Shown piece by piece: positions 54,414-63,239 of a stretch of 64,000 bases of DNA (position 1 is the first letter of the stretch; every line of letters begins with the position of its first letter). The DNA is from an uncultured Acidobacteriota bacterium (lineage in GTDB: Bacteria; Acidobacteriota; Thermoanaerobaculia; Multivoradales; SZUA-115). Below the pieces are notes generated by a model, which did not search any database, was not told the origin of the DNA, and worked only from the letters and a program-made list of their open reading frames with translations. The stretch is taken from assembly GCA_963805975.1 (NCBI GenBank), contig CAWDVR010000001.1:512001-576000 (forward strand), given 5' to 3'. The translations under genes were made by a program, and so were the position numbers.

Positions 54414-55774
54414 CCTCCCGGCAGCAAGCCCCCTCCGAAAGCCAGCAGCTCGAGCACCGCCGCGGCCAGCCCGGCCGCGGCGAGCCGGGCGCGCGGCAGG
54501 GCCGCGAGAGCGGCCCGTCCGCCCGGCCGGGCTAACGTACCCCGGGCCAACGTACCCACGGCCAGCGACGCGTAGAGGATCAGCAGCGGCAGGAGTTGCA
54601 CCACGTAGCGCGACTTGACGTGCAAGCCGACGAACAGCAGCAGGTTGTAGGCGAAGAAGGCCGGCAGCACCCAGGCCCAGGCGCGCCGGGCCGGCGGGTG
54701 GAGCGCCAGGCCCAGCGGCGCGGCGGCAAGCAGCAGCGCGTAGAGCGCGTAGCTCGTGCCGCGGAGCAGCACCGCCAGGGCCGGCGGCGCCTGCCAATAG
54801 CCGCGGCGCCGCTCGGCGAGCGCCCCGCCGGGCAGTTGGTCGGTGAGGAGCGAGTCCTTGTCGAAGAGCCGGAAGTGCTGGCGGGAGAGCTGGCCCGCGA
54901 GCGTGGCGAGCCAGCCTTGCTCGGCGATCCGTTGCCGCACCTTGCCGGCGAGTGCCTGGTTGCGCTCGGCGAAGGTCGAGCCGCCGGCCTCGAAGGCGGC
55001 CAGCTCCTCGATCCCGCGGCGGTCGGAGAAGTCTTTGCGCGACGTGTCGTTCAATCCCACCCAGAGATTGAACCGCGAGCTGTCGGCGACGACGTAGGAG
55101 CCGGTGGCACGGCCGTGGGCGACGATCGTGGGCAGCACCACCGCGAGCGCCACTCCCAGCACCAGCGCCGCCGAGGCCAGCGCGCGGCGCCGCGGGCGCT
55201 CGGCGAGCACCGGCAGCAGGAGCACCGGCAGGAAGGGGCCGAGCAGGCTCTTGGCGAGGAGCGCCAGGCCCAGCGCCAGCCCCATCGCGGCCAGCCAGCC
55301 GCGGTGCGCCGGATGAGCCGCCAGGACCCAGAGCACGAAAGCGAAGAGGGCGAGGTGCAAGACCTCGGGCCAGAGGTAGAAGGCGAAAGCGGCGAGCGGC
55401 GGGTAGGCGAGGACCAGCAGGCCGGCGAGGTCCGCGGCCCAGCCCGGCCCCTCTGTAGACCGGGCGCCCAAGCGCCGGGCGAGGTCGCGGAGCAGCCAGG
55501 CGGCCGCCGCCAGGAGGGAGAGCTGGGCCAGGGCCACGGCGCCGCGCGAGCTGCCCGTCGCCCGGAGCAGGCCCGCGAGGAACTGCGAGTAGAGGGGCGG
55601 CCAGAAGAGGTCGGGCTTCACGGCCTCGCCGGCCGCGAGCGCCTCGGCGCGCTCCAGGTAGCGCAGCTCGTCCCCCACCCGGCGCCGGGGCTCGGGGTTC
55701 CACTCGATCCACGCCAGGGCGGCGATCACCACCGAGGCGGCCAGAAGGCCCAGCGCGAGAGACCGGCGGGACAT
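54410..55774 (-). CDS. GT-C (PMT/GT39, ArnT-like) membrane glycosyltransferase
   Basis: First TM then GDE acidic motif, WPPLY, multiple TMs, late SRY motif; start set at ATG 55774. Confidence 0.72.
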   Translation of the reverse strand: MSRRSLALGLLAASVVIAALAWIEWNPEPRRRVGDELRYLERAEALAAGEAVKPDLFWPPLYSQFLAGLLRATGSSRGAVALAQLSLLAAAAWLLRDLARRLGARSTEGPGWAADLAGLLVLAYPPLAAFAFYLWPEVLHLALFAFVLWVLAAHPAHRGWLAAMGLALGLALLAKSLLGPFLPVLLLPVLAERPRRRALASAALVLGVALAVVLPTIVAHGRATGSYVVADSSRFNLWVGLNDTSRKDFSDRRGIEELAAFEAGGSTFAERNQALAGKVRQRIAEQGWLATLAGQLSRQHFRLFDKDSLLTDQLPGGALAERRRGYWQAPPALAVLLRGTSYALYALLLAAAPLGLALHPPARRAWAWVLPAFFAYNLLLFVGLHVKSRYVVQLLPLLILYASLAVGTLARGTLARPGGRAALAALPRARLAAAGLAAAVLELLAFGGGLLPGG

Positions 55775-55838
55775 GGAGGTGGGCAGGATAGCGGCGGCCG
55801 GCGGAAGGCCGCAAGCGAGCGCCGAGGTCGAGGCCGCC

Positions 55839-55938
55839 CCCAGATCCTTCGCTGCGCTCAGGATGACAAGGCCCCCTCTCGCGAGCACAGGGACATCCAC
55901 CCACGTACTGTCATCCTGAGCGCAGCGAAGGATCTGGG
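55839..55938. repeat. Inverted pair of REP-like family B (TGTCATCCTGAGCGCAGCGAAGGATCTG)
   Basis: Perfect 28-bp inverted copies at 55841-55868 and 55909-55936 in a divergent intergenic region. Confidence 0.8.
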
Positions 55939-56004
55939 CGGGGGAGGATCGGAGGAGGGGTACACAGCATGGTAGGGTTGGTCTTCTCGATGATGGGCTC
56001 CCAC

Positions 56005-56370
56005 ATGAAAAGACTCCCCGTTCTCCTCCTCTCCTTCTCCCTGCTCTTCTTTCTCTCGTCGCCGGGTGCCGCGGCCGAAGAGCCGGCGAAGCTCGCCAAC
56101 ACCCTGCGCTGGACCACCGCCAGCGAGGTCGACAACTTCGGCTTCGACATCTACCGCGGCGATCAGAAGGACGGCCCCTTCGTCCGCCTGACCCAGTCGC
56201 CGATCCCCGGCGCGGGCACCTCCGACGTGCCCACGCAGTACGAGTACCACGACGAGACCATCGAGCCGGACCGCGAGTACTTCTACTACGTCGAGTCCAT
56301 CGCCATGGACGGCAGGCGGGAGCACTTCACGCCCGTGGTGCGAGTGGCGCCCAAGCGCCGGCCCGAATGA
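56005..56370 (+). CDS. Small exported single-domain Fn3/Ig-like protein
   Basis: Signal peptide; LRWTTASEVDNFGFDIYR..YEYHD..YFYYVE. Confidence 0.7.
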   Translation: MKRLPVLLLSFSLLFFLSSPGAAAEEPAKLANTLRWTTASEVDNFGFDIYRGDQKDGPFVRLTQSPIPGAGTSDVPTQYEYHDETIEPDREYFYYVESIAMDGRREHFTPVVRVAPKRRPE

Positions 56371-58742
56371 AGGTGCGCTCCAGATTCGCTCGGCGGGCTG
56401 CTCTCCTCGCGCTGGCCGCCGCCGTCGGCGCGAGCCTCGCGGGCGCCGCCGCCCCGAAAGCCGCTCCTCTGCCCGCGGCGATAAAGATCTTCGTGCGCGA
56501 GCCCGGCGTCTACCGGGTGACCTTCGACGAGCTCGCGGCGGCGGGCCTCGCACGCGAACCCTTGGCCAGCCACCGTATCGGGCTCGCGAGCGCCGGCCGG
56601 CCGGTGCCCATCTGGGTCCACGGCGACGGCGACGGCCGCTTCGGCCCCGGCGACGCGATCGAGTTCGTGGGCGAGCACCTGGCCGGCGAGCACTCCTACT
56701 TCAACCCGCAATCGGACGAGAACGTCTACCGGCTGCGCTTCGACGACCCGGCGCCGGCCCGCATGCGCGGCCTGGCCTCCGAGGGGAAGAAGGCTCCGCG
56801 GGCCGGCGGGGCGGCGCGCTTCGAGCGCCGGCTCCACCTCGAGAACGACGACCTGTTGCTGCGCTTCTCCAAGGCTGCCGGCGAGGATGTCGAGCTCTGG
56901 TACTGGGCCAAGCTCGGCTGGGCGGACAAGGAGGCCTTCGCCCTGCCGCTCGAGCTGCCGGGCCGCGAGCCGGCCGGCGCGGTGCGCCTGCGCGTGTCGC
57001 TGCGCGGCTGGTCCTGGCAGCGGCCCGAAGAGCACCGGATGCCCGATCACCGCGTCGAGGTGGCGCTCGACGGCGTGGCGCTCGGCAGCGGCGAATGGGA
57101 CGGTCAGGACGAGCTGGTGCTGGACCTGCCCGCGGTGCCGGCGGCGGCGCTCGCCTCGATCTCCGGAGGGGGAGCGCACAAGCTCACCCTGGGCGTTCCC
57201 CCGCGTACCGCGGAAGGAGCCAAGGACCCGATCGTCGACGTGGTGGTGCTCAACTGGGTCGAGGTCTCCTATCCCTCGGCGCGCGCCGCGGAGGGCGAGG
57301 ACGAGCGGCTCTACCTCGCGGCACCCGGCGCCGCGCAGGGCGTGCTCGAGACCATGGCACCCCTGGTGATCTACGGCGAAAAAGGCAGCCGGGTGGAGGC
57401 GCAGCCGGCCGGCGCCGCCAGGCCCGACGGCAGCAGGCCCTACGCCTTTCCGCTCGCCGCCGGCGAGAGCTGGGTCTACGCGGTGGGAGCCGCCGGACTC
57501 CTCAGCCCGGCGAAGCTGGCGGCGGACCGGCCGTCCGACCTCGCGAGCACGAGCCGGCAGGCGGACTACATCATGATCGCCCACCCCAGCCTGAAGGATG
57601 CGATCGAGCCGCTGGCCGCGCTCCACCGCCGTCGCGGGCTCACCGTCGAGGTGGTGGACGTCGACGACGTCTACGACGAGTTCTCGGACGGCGTGGTCTC
57701 GCCGCGCGCGCTGCGCGATTTCCTCTCCCACGCCTACCACCATTGGGCGCGGCCGGCGCCGCGTTTCGTGCTCCTGGTGGGGGACGCGAGCTGGGACCCG
57801 CGGGCCGCGGAAGCCGGTGAGGACCGCGCCTACGTGGACTGGGCGTTCGCGCCCCGCGACGGCGCCCGCTTCCGGCGGAACCGCAGCACCTCCTACAGTG
57901 ACGAGGCGCTGCGCCGCAACCGCAATCTGATCCCCACCGGCACCTACCTCACTCCCCAGGGCCACGCCGCCAGCGACAACGAGCTGGTGGCGGTGGACGG
58001 CAACGACCGCTACCCGGACCTGGCGATCGGCCGCCTGCCGGTGGTGACGCCGGAAGAGGTGGCGGCCATCGTCAGCAAGACCATCCGCTACCTGACCGAG
58101 CCCGAGGCCGGTGCCTGGCGGCAGCGCATCCTGTGGATCACCAACGAAGACCCGGCGCTCCAGCGGCACAGCGACCGGCTGGCCGCGACCCTCGCCGGCC
58201 AGGGCTACGAGTCGCGCAAGGTCTACCCCGGGGCCACCGGGGCGAGCAACGCGATGCTCCAGCAGACGCTGCGCCAGTCCTTCGACGAGGGCTTCGCGGT
58301 GGTGCACTTCCACGGTCATGGCGGCCGCTACATCTGGCGCACCGGCGTCTCGGACCTGGAAAAGAACAGCGACCTCTTCACCCTCGAGGATCTCGACCGC
58401 CTGGCACCCTCGCACCGGCTCTCGGTGGTGCTGAGCATGACCTGCTACTCGGCGCCGTTCGACCACCCGACGGCGGACTCGATCGGCGAGAAGCTGCTGC
58501 GCTTGCCGGACAAGGGCGCGGTGGCGGTGTTCGCCGCTTCCTGGCGCAACGCCCCGCTCACCGGCTACAGCCAGGCGGTGGTCGAGGAGCTGCTGCGCGA
58601 GAAGACGGTGGGTGAGGCGCTGGTGAAAGCCAAGCGGCGGGCGGTCACCCTGTCGTTGGTCGAGCTCTACAACCTGCTGGGCGACCCGGCCCTCGAGATG
58701 CCGCCGCGGGCCCTGCACGGGCACGAGGCGGCGGCGCCATGA
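56367..58742 (+). CDS. Peptidase C25 (gingipain/PorU-like) cysteine protease
   Basis: Signal peptide; IKIFV.EPGVYRVT, ADYIMIAH, VYDEFS.G, FVLLVGD, AIGRLPV, catalytic His (HFHGHG) and Cys (SMTC), YNLLGDPAL. Confidence 0.87.
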   Translation: MKVRSRFARRAALLALAAAVGASLAGAAAPKAAPLPAAIKIFVREPGVYRVTFDELAAAGLAREPLASHRIGLASAGRPVPIWVHGDGDGRFGPGDAIEFVGEHLAGEHSYFNPQSDENVYRLRFDDPAPARMRGLASEGKKAPRAGGAARFERRLHLENDDLLLRFSKAAGEDVELWYWAKLGWADKEAFALPLELPGREPAGAVRLRVSLRGWSWQRPEEHRMPDHRVEVALDGVALGSGEWDGQDELVLDLPAVPAAALASISGGGAHKLTLGVPPRTAEGAKDPIVDVVVLNWVEVSYPSARAAEGEDERLYLAAPGAAQGVLETMAPLVIYGEKGSRVEAQPAGAARPDGSRPYAFPLAAGESWVYAVGAAGLLSPAKLAADRPSDLASTSRQADYIMIAHPSLKDAIEPLAALHRRRGLTVEVVDVDDVYDEFSDGVVSPRALRDFLSHAYHHWARPAPRFVLLVGDASWDPRAAEAGEDRAYVDWAFAPRDGARFRRNRSTSYSDEALRRNRNLIPTGTYLTPQGHAASDNELVAVDGNDRYPDLAIGRLPVVTPEEVAAIVSKTIRYLTEPEAGAWRQRILWITNEDPALQRHSDRLAATLAGQGYESRKVYPGATGASNAMLQQTLRQSFDEGFAVVHFHGHGGRYIWRTGVSDLEKNSDLFTLEDLDRLAPSHRLSVVLSMTCYSAPFDHPTADSIGEKLLRLPDKGAVAVFAASWRNAPLTGYSQAVVEELLREKTVGEALVKAKRRAVTLSLVELYNLLGDPALEMPPRALHGHEAAAP

Positions 58743-59119
58743 GATCCGGCAGCACAGCCCTGCGGGCCGGGCTCGCTCTGGCGGTCCTCACGGTGGTGAT
58801 CCTGGGAACGGGCTGCCAGGGTGGCGACGAGGCGGAGAGCCGCAGGAACCTGCTGCGCTGGACCACGAGCTGGGAGAAGGAGAACGTCGGCTTCGACGTC
58901 TACCGCGGGCCGGCACCCGCAGGCCCCTTCGAGAAGCTCACGCCCGTCCCCATCGCCGGCGGCGGCGTGTCGGAGAAGCCGCAGGACTACCGCTTCGAGG
59001 ACACCACCATCGACCCGGCCCGCGAGTACTTCTACTACGTCGAGGTGGTGAAGGCGAACGGCGAGCGGCTGAAGATCACGCCGGTGATGCGCGCCAAGGC
59101 CAAGGCACCGAAGGGGTGA
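58739..59119 (+). CDS. Lipoprotein paralogue of the Fn3/Ig-like protein
   Basis: Lipobox-like LGTGC; LRWTTSWEKENVGFDVYRG..YRFED..YFYYVE; ATGA overlap. Confidence 0.7.
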   Translation: MRSGSTALRAGLALAVLTVVILGTGCQGGDEAESRRNLLRWTTSWEKENVGFDVYRGPAPAGPFEKLTPVPIAGGGVSEKPQDYRFEDTTIDPAREYFYYVEVVKANGERLKITPVMRAKAKAPKG

Positions 59120-60963
59120 GTCGCGGGATCGGCTTCGAGGTCCTTGGGCGAGGTGCTCGACGCCCGAGCTCGCTGCGCGCCTCGCCCAAGGACCTCGAAG
59201 CCGATCCCGCGACGGCACGAGAGAGAAGATCCAAGCGTAACGGCAAGCGAGACGGGTTCGCCTTCGCCGCCATCTTTCTGCTGGCGCTCGCCGTCCGCCT
59301 GCTCTGCCTTCGGCAGCTCGGCGGGTTCCCGCTCTTCGACTTTCCTCTCGCGGACTCGAGGGTCTACCTCGAATGGGCGCGCCAGATCGTGGCGGGGGAT
59401 CTCTGGAGCCGCTCGCAGGGCGTCTTCTACCAGGCGCCGCTCTACCCGTACTTCCTGGCCGCGGTCTCGGGGCTGGCCGGCGAGAGCCTGGGTGCCATCC
59501 GCCTTGCCCAGGCCCTGATCGGCGCACTGGGCTGCGGCCTCCTCACCGTGGCCGGCCGGCTGTTCTTCGATCGGCCGACCGGGCTGCTCGCCGGTGGGCT
59601 CACCGCGCTCTACGCACCGCTGGTCTTCACCGAGAGCCTGATCCAGAAGGAGGCGCTGGCCGCCGCCCTCGCCGCCGCGTTGCTCCTCTCCCTGGCTCTG
59701 GCCGGCCGGCGCGAGCCCGGCTGGCCCTGGCTCGCGGCGGGTGTCGCGCTCGGCGCTCTCTCTCTGCTGCGCGAGAACGCCCTGCTCGTGGCACCGGTCC
59801 TCGCCGGCTGGCTGTTGCTCTCACGGCGCGATCCGCCGGCCGCCGCCCCCCATGGCCTGTGGCCTCGGGTGCTGGCATTCGTGGCAGGCCTGGCGCTGGT
59901 CCTGGTGCCGGTGGCGTTGCGGAACGCGGCCTTCGGCGGTGGCTTGGCGCTGACCACGTCGCAGGCCGGGCCCAACTTCTACATCGGCAACCATGCCGGC
60001 GCCACGGGCTCCTACGTACCGCTCCTCGCCGGCCGGAGCGATCCGGCTTTCGAGCGCCGGGACGCGACCGAGATCGCCGAGCAGGCCGTGGGCCGCGAGC
60101 TGGCGCCGGGCGAGGTCTCTTCCTATTGGTTTCGGAGGGCGCTCACCTTCATGCGTGAGGAACCCGGCGCCTGGCTGGCGCTCCTGGCGCGCAAGGCATG
60201 GATGGTGATGCACCGCTTCGAGCTGGCCGACACCGAGGATCTCTACCTCTTCCGCGAGGCGTCCCCGCTCCTCACGGCCCTTTCCGGGCTCGGCAACCTC
60301 GGGGTCCTGCTGCCGCTGGCGGCCGGCGGCGTGGTCCTCACCTGGGGCCGGCGCCGCGGGCTCGCCCCGCTCTATCTCACCGCCGCGACCCTTCTCCTCT
60401 CCGTTGCCCTGGCCTTCGTCTTCAGCCGCTACCGGTTGCCGGCCGTGCCGGCGCTGGCCGTGCTCGCCGCCGCGGGGTTGCGCGAGGCCTGGCTCCGGGT
60501 TCGCGCCGGCAATCTCCGGTCCCTGGCCCCGGCCGCGCTCGCGGTGGCGCTGGTGGCGGTGCCGGTCAACTGGCCGGCGCCGGCCGCGTGGCGTGGGGGA
60601 ACTGGCATGGCCTTCTCGAACCTCGGCGCGGCGCTCGCCGGCCAGGGCCGTCTCGACGAGGCCATCTCCCAGTACAGGAAGGCGCTCGCCCTGACGCCCG
60701 ACCTCGTCGAGGGACACCTCAACCTGGGCTCGACGCTCCTCGTCCAGGGCCGGGTGGAGGAGGCCTTGCCGCACCTCGAGCGCGCCGCGGCTCTGCAACC
60801 GGCGGACGCCGAGATCGAGCTCCAGCTCGCCTTCGTCCACGAGCGGCGCGGCGACCGCGACGTGGCCCGGGCGCACGCACAGCGTGCGCTCGAGCTGGCC
60901 CGCCGTTCGGGCAGCCCCGGGCTCGCGGCCCGAGCCGAGGCGCTGCTGCGCACGCTGCTCTGA
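59116..60963 (+). CDS. GT-C (PMT-like) membrane glycosyltransferase with C-terminal TPR repeats
   Basis: DSRVY acidic loop, FYQAPLYPYFLA, LRENAL, NFYIGN, SRYRLP; TPR (AFSNLGAALAGQGRLDEAISQYRKAL); GTGA overlap. Confidence 0.78.
   Translation: MSRGIGFEVLGRGARRPSSLRASPKDLEADPATARERRSKRNGKRDGFAFAAIFLLALAVRLLCLRQLGGFPLFDFPLADSRVYLEWARQIVAGDLWSRSQGVFYQAPLYPYFLAAVSGLAGESLGAIRLAQALIGALGCGLLTVAGRLFFDRPTGLLAGGLTALYAPLVFTESLIQKEALAAALAAALLLSLALAGRREPGWPWLAAGVALGALSLLRENALLVAPVLAGWLLLSRRDPPAAAPHGLWPRVLAFVAGLALVLVPVALRNAAFGGGLALTTSQAGPNFYIGNHAGATGSYVPLLAGRSDPAFERRDATEIAEQAVGRELAPGEVSSYWFRRALTFMREEPGAWLALLARKAWMVMHRFELADTEDLYLFREASPLLTALSGLGNLGVLLPLAAGGVVLTWGRRRGLAPLYLTAATLLLSVALAFVFSRYRLPAVPALAVLAAAGLREAWLRVRAGNLRSLAPAALAVALVAVPVNWPAPAAWRGGTGMAFSNLGAALAGQGRLDEAISQYRKALALTPDLVEGHLNLGSTLLVQGRVEEALPHLERAAALQPADAEIELQLAFVHERRGDRDVARAHAQRALELARRSGSPGLAARAEALLRTLL
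59120..59213. repeat. Perfect 34-bp inverted repeat inside the 5' end of a CDS
   Basis: GTCGCGGGATCGGCTTCGAGGTCCTTGGGCGAGG (59120-59153) reverse-complements 59180-59213. Confidence 0.85.
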
Positions 60964-60987
60964 GCCTGCAATAGGATCGAGGCCGAG

Positions 60988-62007
60988 ATGAGCGGCACCT
61001 CCTTCAAGATCGCCGCGGTACAGGCGTCGCCGGTCTTCCTCGACCGCGAGCGTACGGTGGACAAGGCGTGCGAGTTGCTGCAGAGGGCAGCCGCGGCCGG
61101 CGCCCGCCTGGTGATCTTCCCGGAGGCCTTCATCCCCACCTACCCGTTCTGGGTCTGGTTCGTGCCGGCGGGCCGCTCCACCGTGCTGCGCGACCTCTAT
61201 GCCGAGCTCCTGGACCAGGCGGTCGCCATCCCCGGCCCGGCCACCGATCGCCTTTGCGCCGCCGCTCGCACGGCCGGGGTCCACGTGGCGATGGGGGTCA
61301 ACGAGATCAACCTCGAAGCGAGCGGCACCACGCTCTACAACACCCTGCTGTGGATCGGCGCCGACGGCTCGATCCTCGGCAAGCACCGCAAGCTCGTGCC
61401 CACGGCCGGCGAGCGACTGGTGCACGCGCCCGGCGACGGCTCGACTCTCGACGTCTACCCGACGCCGATCGGCCGCCTCTCGGGTCTGATCTGCTGGGAG
61501 AACTACATGCCGCTGGCGCGCTACGCGCTCGCCGCCTGGGGCACGGAGATCTATGCCGCGCCCACCTGGGACCGCGGCGAGCCCTGGCTCTCGACCTTGC
61601 GCCACGTGGCCAAGGAATGCCGTTGCTACGTCGCCGGCTGCTGCAGCGCCTTGCACCGGGACGAGGTGCCGGACCGCTATTCCTTCAAGCGCGAGCTCCT
61701 GCCTGCCGACCTCGAGTGGATCAACCCGGGAGACAGCGCCATCGCCGATCCCGATGGCAAGTGGGTGGTGGAGCCGGTCGCCCGTCGCGAGGAGATCCTG
61801 CTCGCCGACGTGGATCTCGACCGTGTGCGCGGCCCACGCTGGCAGCTCGACATCGCCGGCCACTACGCGCGGCCCGACGTCTTCCAGCTCACCGTGGATC
61901 GGACGCCGAGGCCTTTGATCGAAGTCCGCCTTCCGGAGGCTGCGGCACCGCTCGGGCGGGGCAGGAGGCATGGCGGCAAAAAGTTCTCGCCTCCAGCCGG
62001 CCCCTAG
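60988..62007 (+). CDS. Nitrilase (carbon-nitrogen hydrolase family)
   Basis: Glu-Lys-Cys triad: FPEAF, HRKLVPT..ER, LICWENYMP; D..GHYARPDVF. Confidence 0.92.
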   Translation: MSGTSFKIAAVQASPVFLDRERTVDKACELLQRAAAAGARLVIFPEAFIPTYPFWVWFVPAGRSTVLRDLYAELLDQAVAIPGPATDRLCAAARTAGVHVAMGVNEINLEASGTTLYNTLLWIGADGSILGKHRKLVPTAGERLVHAPGDGSTLDVYPTPIGRLSGLICWENYMPLARYALAAWGTEIYAAPTWDRGEPWLSTLRHVAKECRCYVAGCCSALHRDEVPDRYSFKRELLPADLEWINPGDSAIADPDGKWVVEPVARREEILLADVDLDRVRGPRWQLDIAGHYARPDVFQLTVDRTPRPLIEVRLPEAAAPLGRGRRHGGKKFSPPAGP

Positions 62008-62194
62008 CAAGAAGGTGCAGGCGTCGGCGACGCAGTCTGTCGATCGGACAGCGATTTCCCGGCTTTTCGGCTGTAAACATACCCTCCGTACGGCGCCGCG
62101 AGCCCTGGCATGGGGCCTGCACTACCGGCCTGCCGTAACGCAATGCCGGCTCGCGATCGTCGCGAACCGGCCTCCAAATAGAGTCACGAGGTAC

Positions 62195-62298
62195 TGGCGG
62201 GTCTTCGGGCCCCGGCGTTTGGCCGGGGGAGACAAATTGGAACTGGGTGCGACGCCGAAAGGCGTAGCCACACGAGGGGGCCCGAAGCCCGCTGTTTT
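62195..62298 (+). ncRNA. Candidate structured RNA / leader upstream of ku
   Basis: Long closing stem (62195-62213 with 62277-62294) followed by TTTT, enclosing an ACGCC-GAAA-GGCGT tetraloop hairpin; no known family recognised. Confidence 0.35.
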
Positions 62299-62317
62299 CA
62301 CGAAACTCTCAATCCCC

Positions 62318-63217
62318 ATGGCACATGCGATCTGGAAAGGCAGCCTGAGCTTCGGCCTGGTCAACATTCCCGTCGGGCTCTTTCCTGCCGAGGCACCCGA
62401 CGATCTCGACCTCACGCTCCTCGATCGCCGCGACCTCTCGCGGGTGGGTTACAACAAGATCAACAAAGAGACCGGGGAGCCGATCGAGGCCTCCGAGATC
62501 GTGCGCGGTTACGAGGTCTCGGACGGCAAGTTCGTGCTGCTGACCGAGAGCGATTTCAAGAAGGCCAACCCCAAGGCCACGCAGACGGTCGAGATCTTCG
62601 GCTTCGTGGCCGCCGGTGACATCCCGCCCCTCTACTTCGACAAGCCGTACTACCTGGCGCCGCTCAAGCAGGGTGTCAAGCCTTACGCCCTGTTGCGTGC
62701 GGCGCTCGAGCGCTCCGGTCGCATGGGGCTGGCGCGGCTGGTGATCCGCACGCGGCAGTACCTCGCCGCCGTCTATTCGCACGAGGACTCCCTGGTCGTC
62801 AACCTGCTGCGCTTCCCCCACGAGCTGCGGGACCCCGCCGCTCTCGACGTACCCGACACCGGCAAGAAAGCGGCCCCCTCCGCCAAGGAGCTGGAGCTCG
62901 CCGAGCGGCTGATCGCCGGTATGGAAGAGAAGTGGGAGCCCAAGCAGTACAAGGACGAGTACCGCGACGACCTCCTGGCCCTGATCAAGCGGAAGGCCAA
63001 GAGCCCGCGCGCCGTCGAGGCCGAGCCCGAGCCCGACGACGAACCGATGGCCGAGGTGGTGGACCTGATGGCGCTGCTCAAGAAGAGCGTGGCGGCGAAG
63101 AGCACCGGCAAGGGCTCCACCAAGGCCAAGCCCAAGCGCGCACCGCGCACCGGCAGAGCCTCCACCGAGCGCACGGCCCGCCGCTCGTCGCGATCGCGCA
63201 GCCGGAAGTCGGCCTAG
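62318..63217 (+). CDS. ku: NHEJ DNA end-binding protein Ku
   Basis: AIWKGSLSFGLVNIPV, YFDKPYYL, YALLR, Y.D.YR, VVDLM.LLKKS, basic C-terminal tail; ATG 62318. Confidence 0.95.
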   Translation: MAHAIWKGSLSFGLVNIPVGLFPAEAPDDLDLTLLDRRDLSRVGYNKINKETGEPIEASEIVRGYEVSDGKFVLLTESDFKKANPKATQTVEIFGFVAAGDIPPLYFDKPYYLAPLKQGVKPYALLRAALERSGRMGLARLVIRTRQYLAAVYSHEDSLVVNLLRFPHELRDPAALDVPDTGKKAAPSAKELELAERLIAGMEEKWEPKQYKDEYRDDLLALIKRKAKSPRAVEAEPEPDDEPMAEVVDLMALLKKSVAAKSTGKGSTKAKPKRAPRTGRASTERTARRSSRSRSRKSA

Positions 63218-63239
63218 CCAACCTCTCGGAGAGCGAACC

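Noticed and set aside
55775-55900. N-terminal extension of the GT-C ORF to 55900
   Set aside because: The extension translates the REP element (VILSAAKDL); ATG 55774 directly precedes the first TM helix
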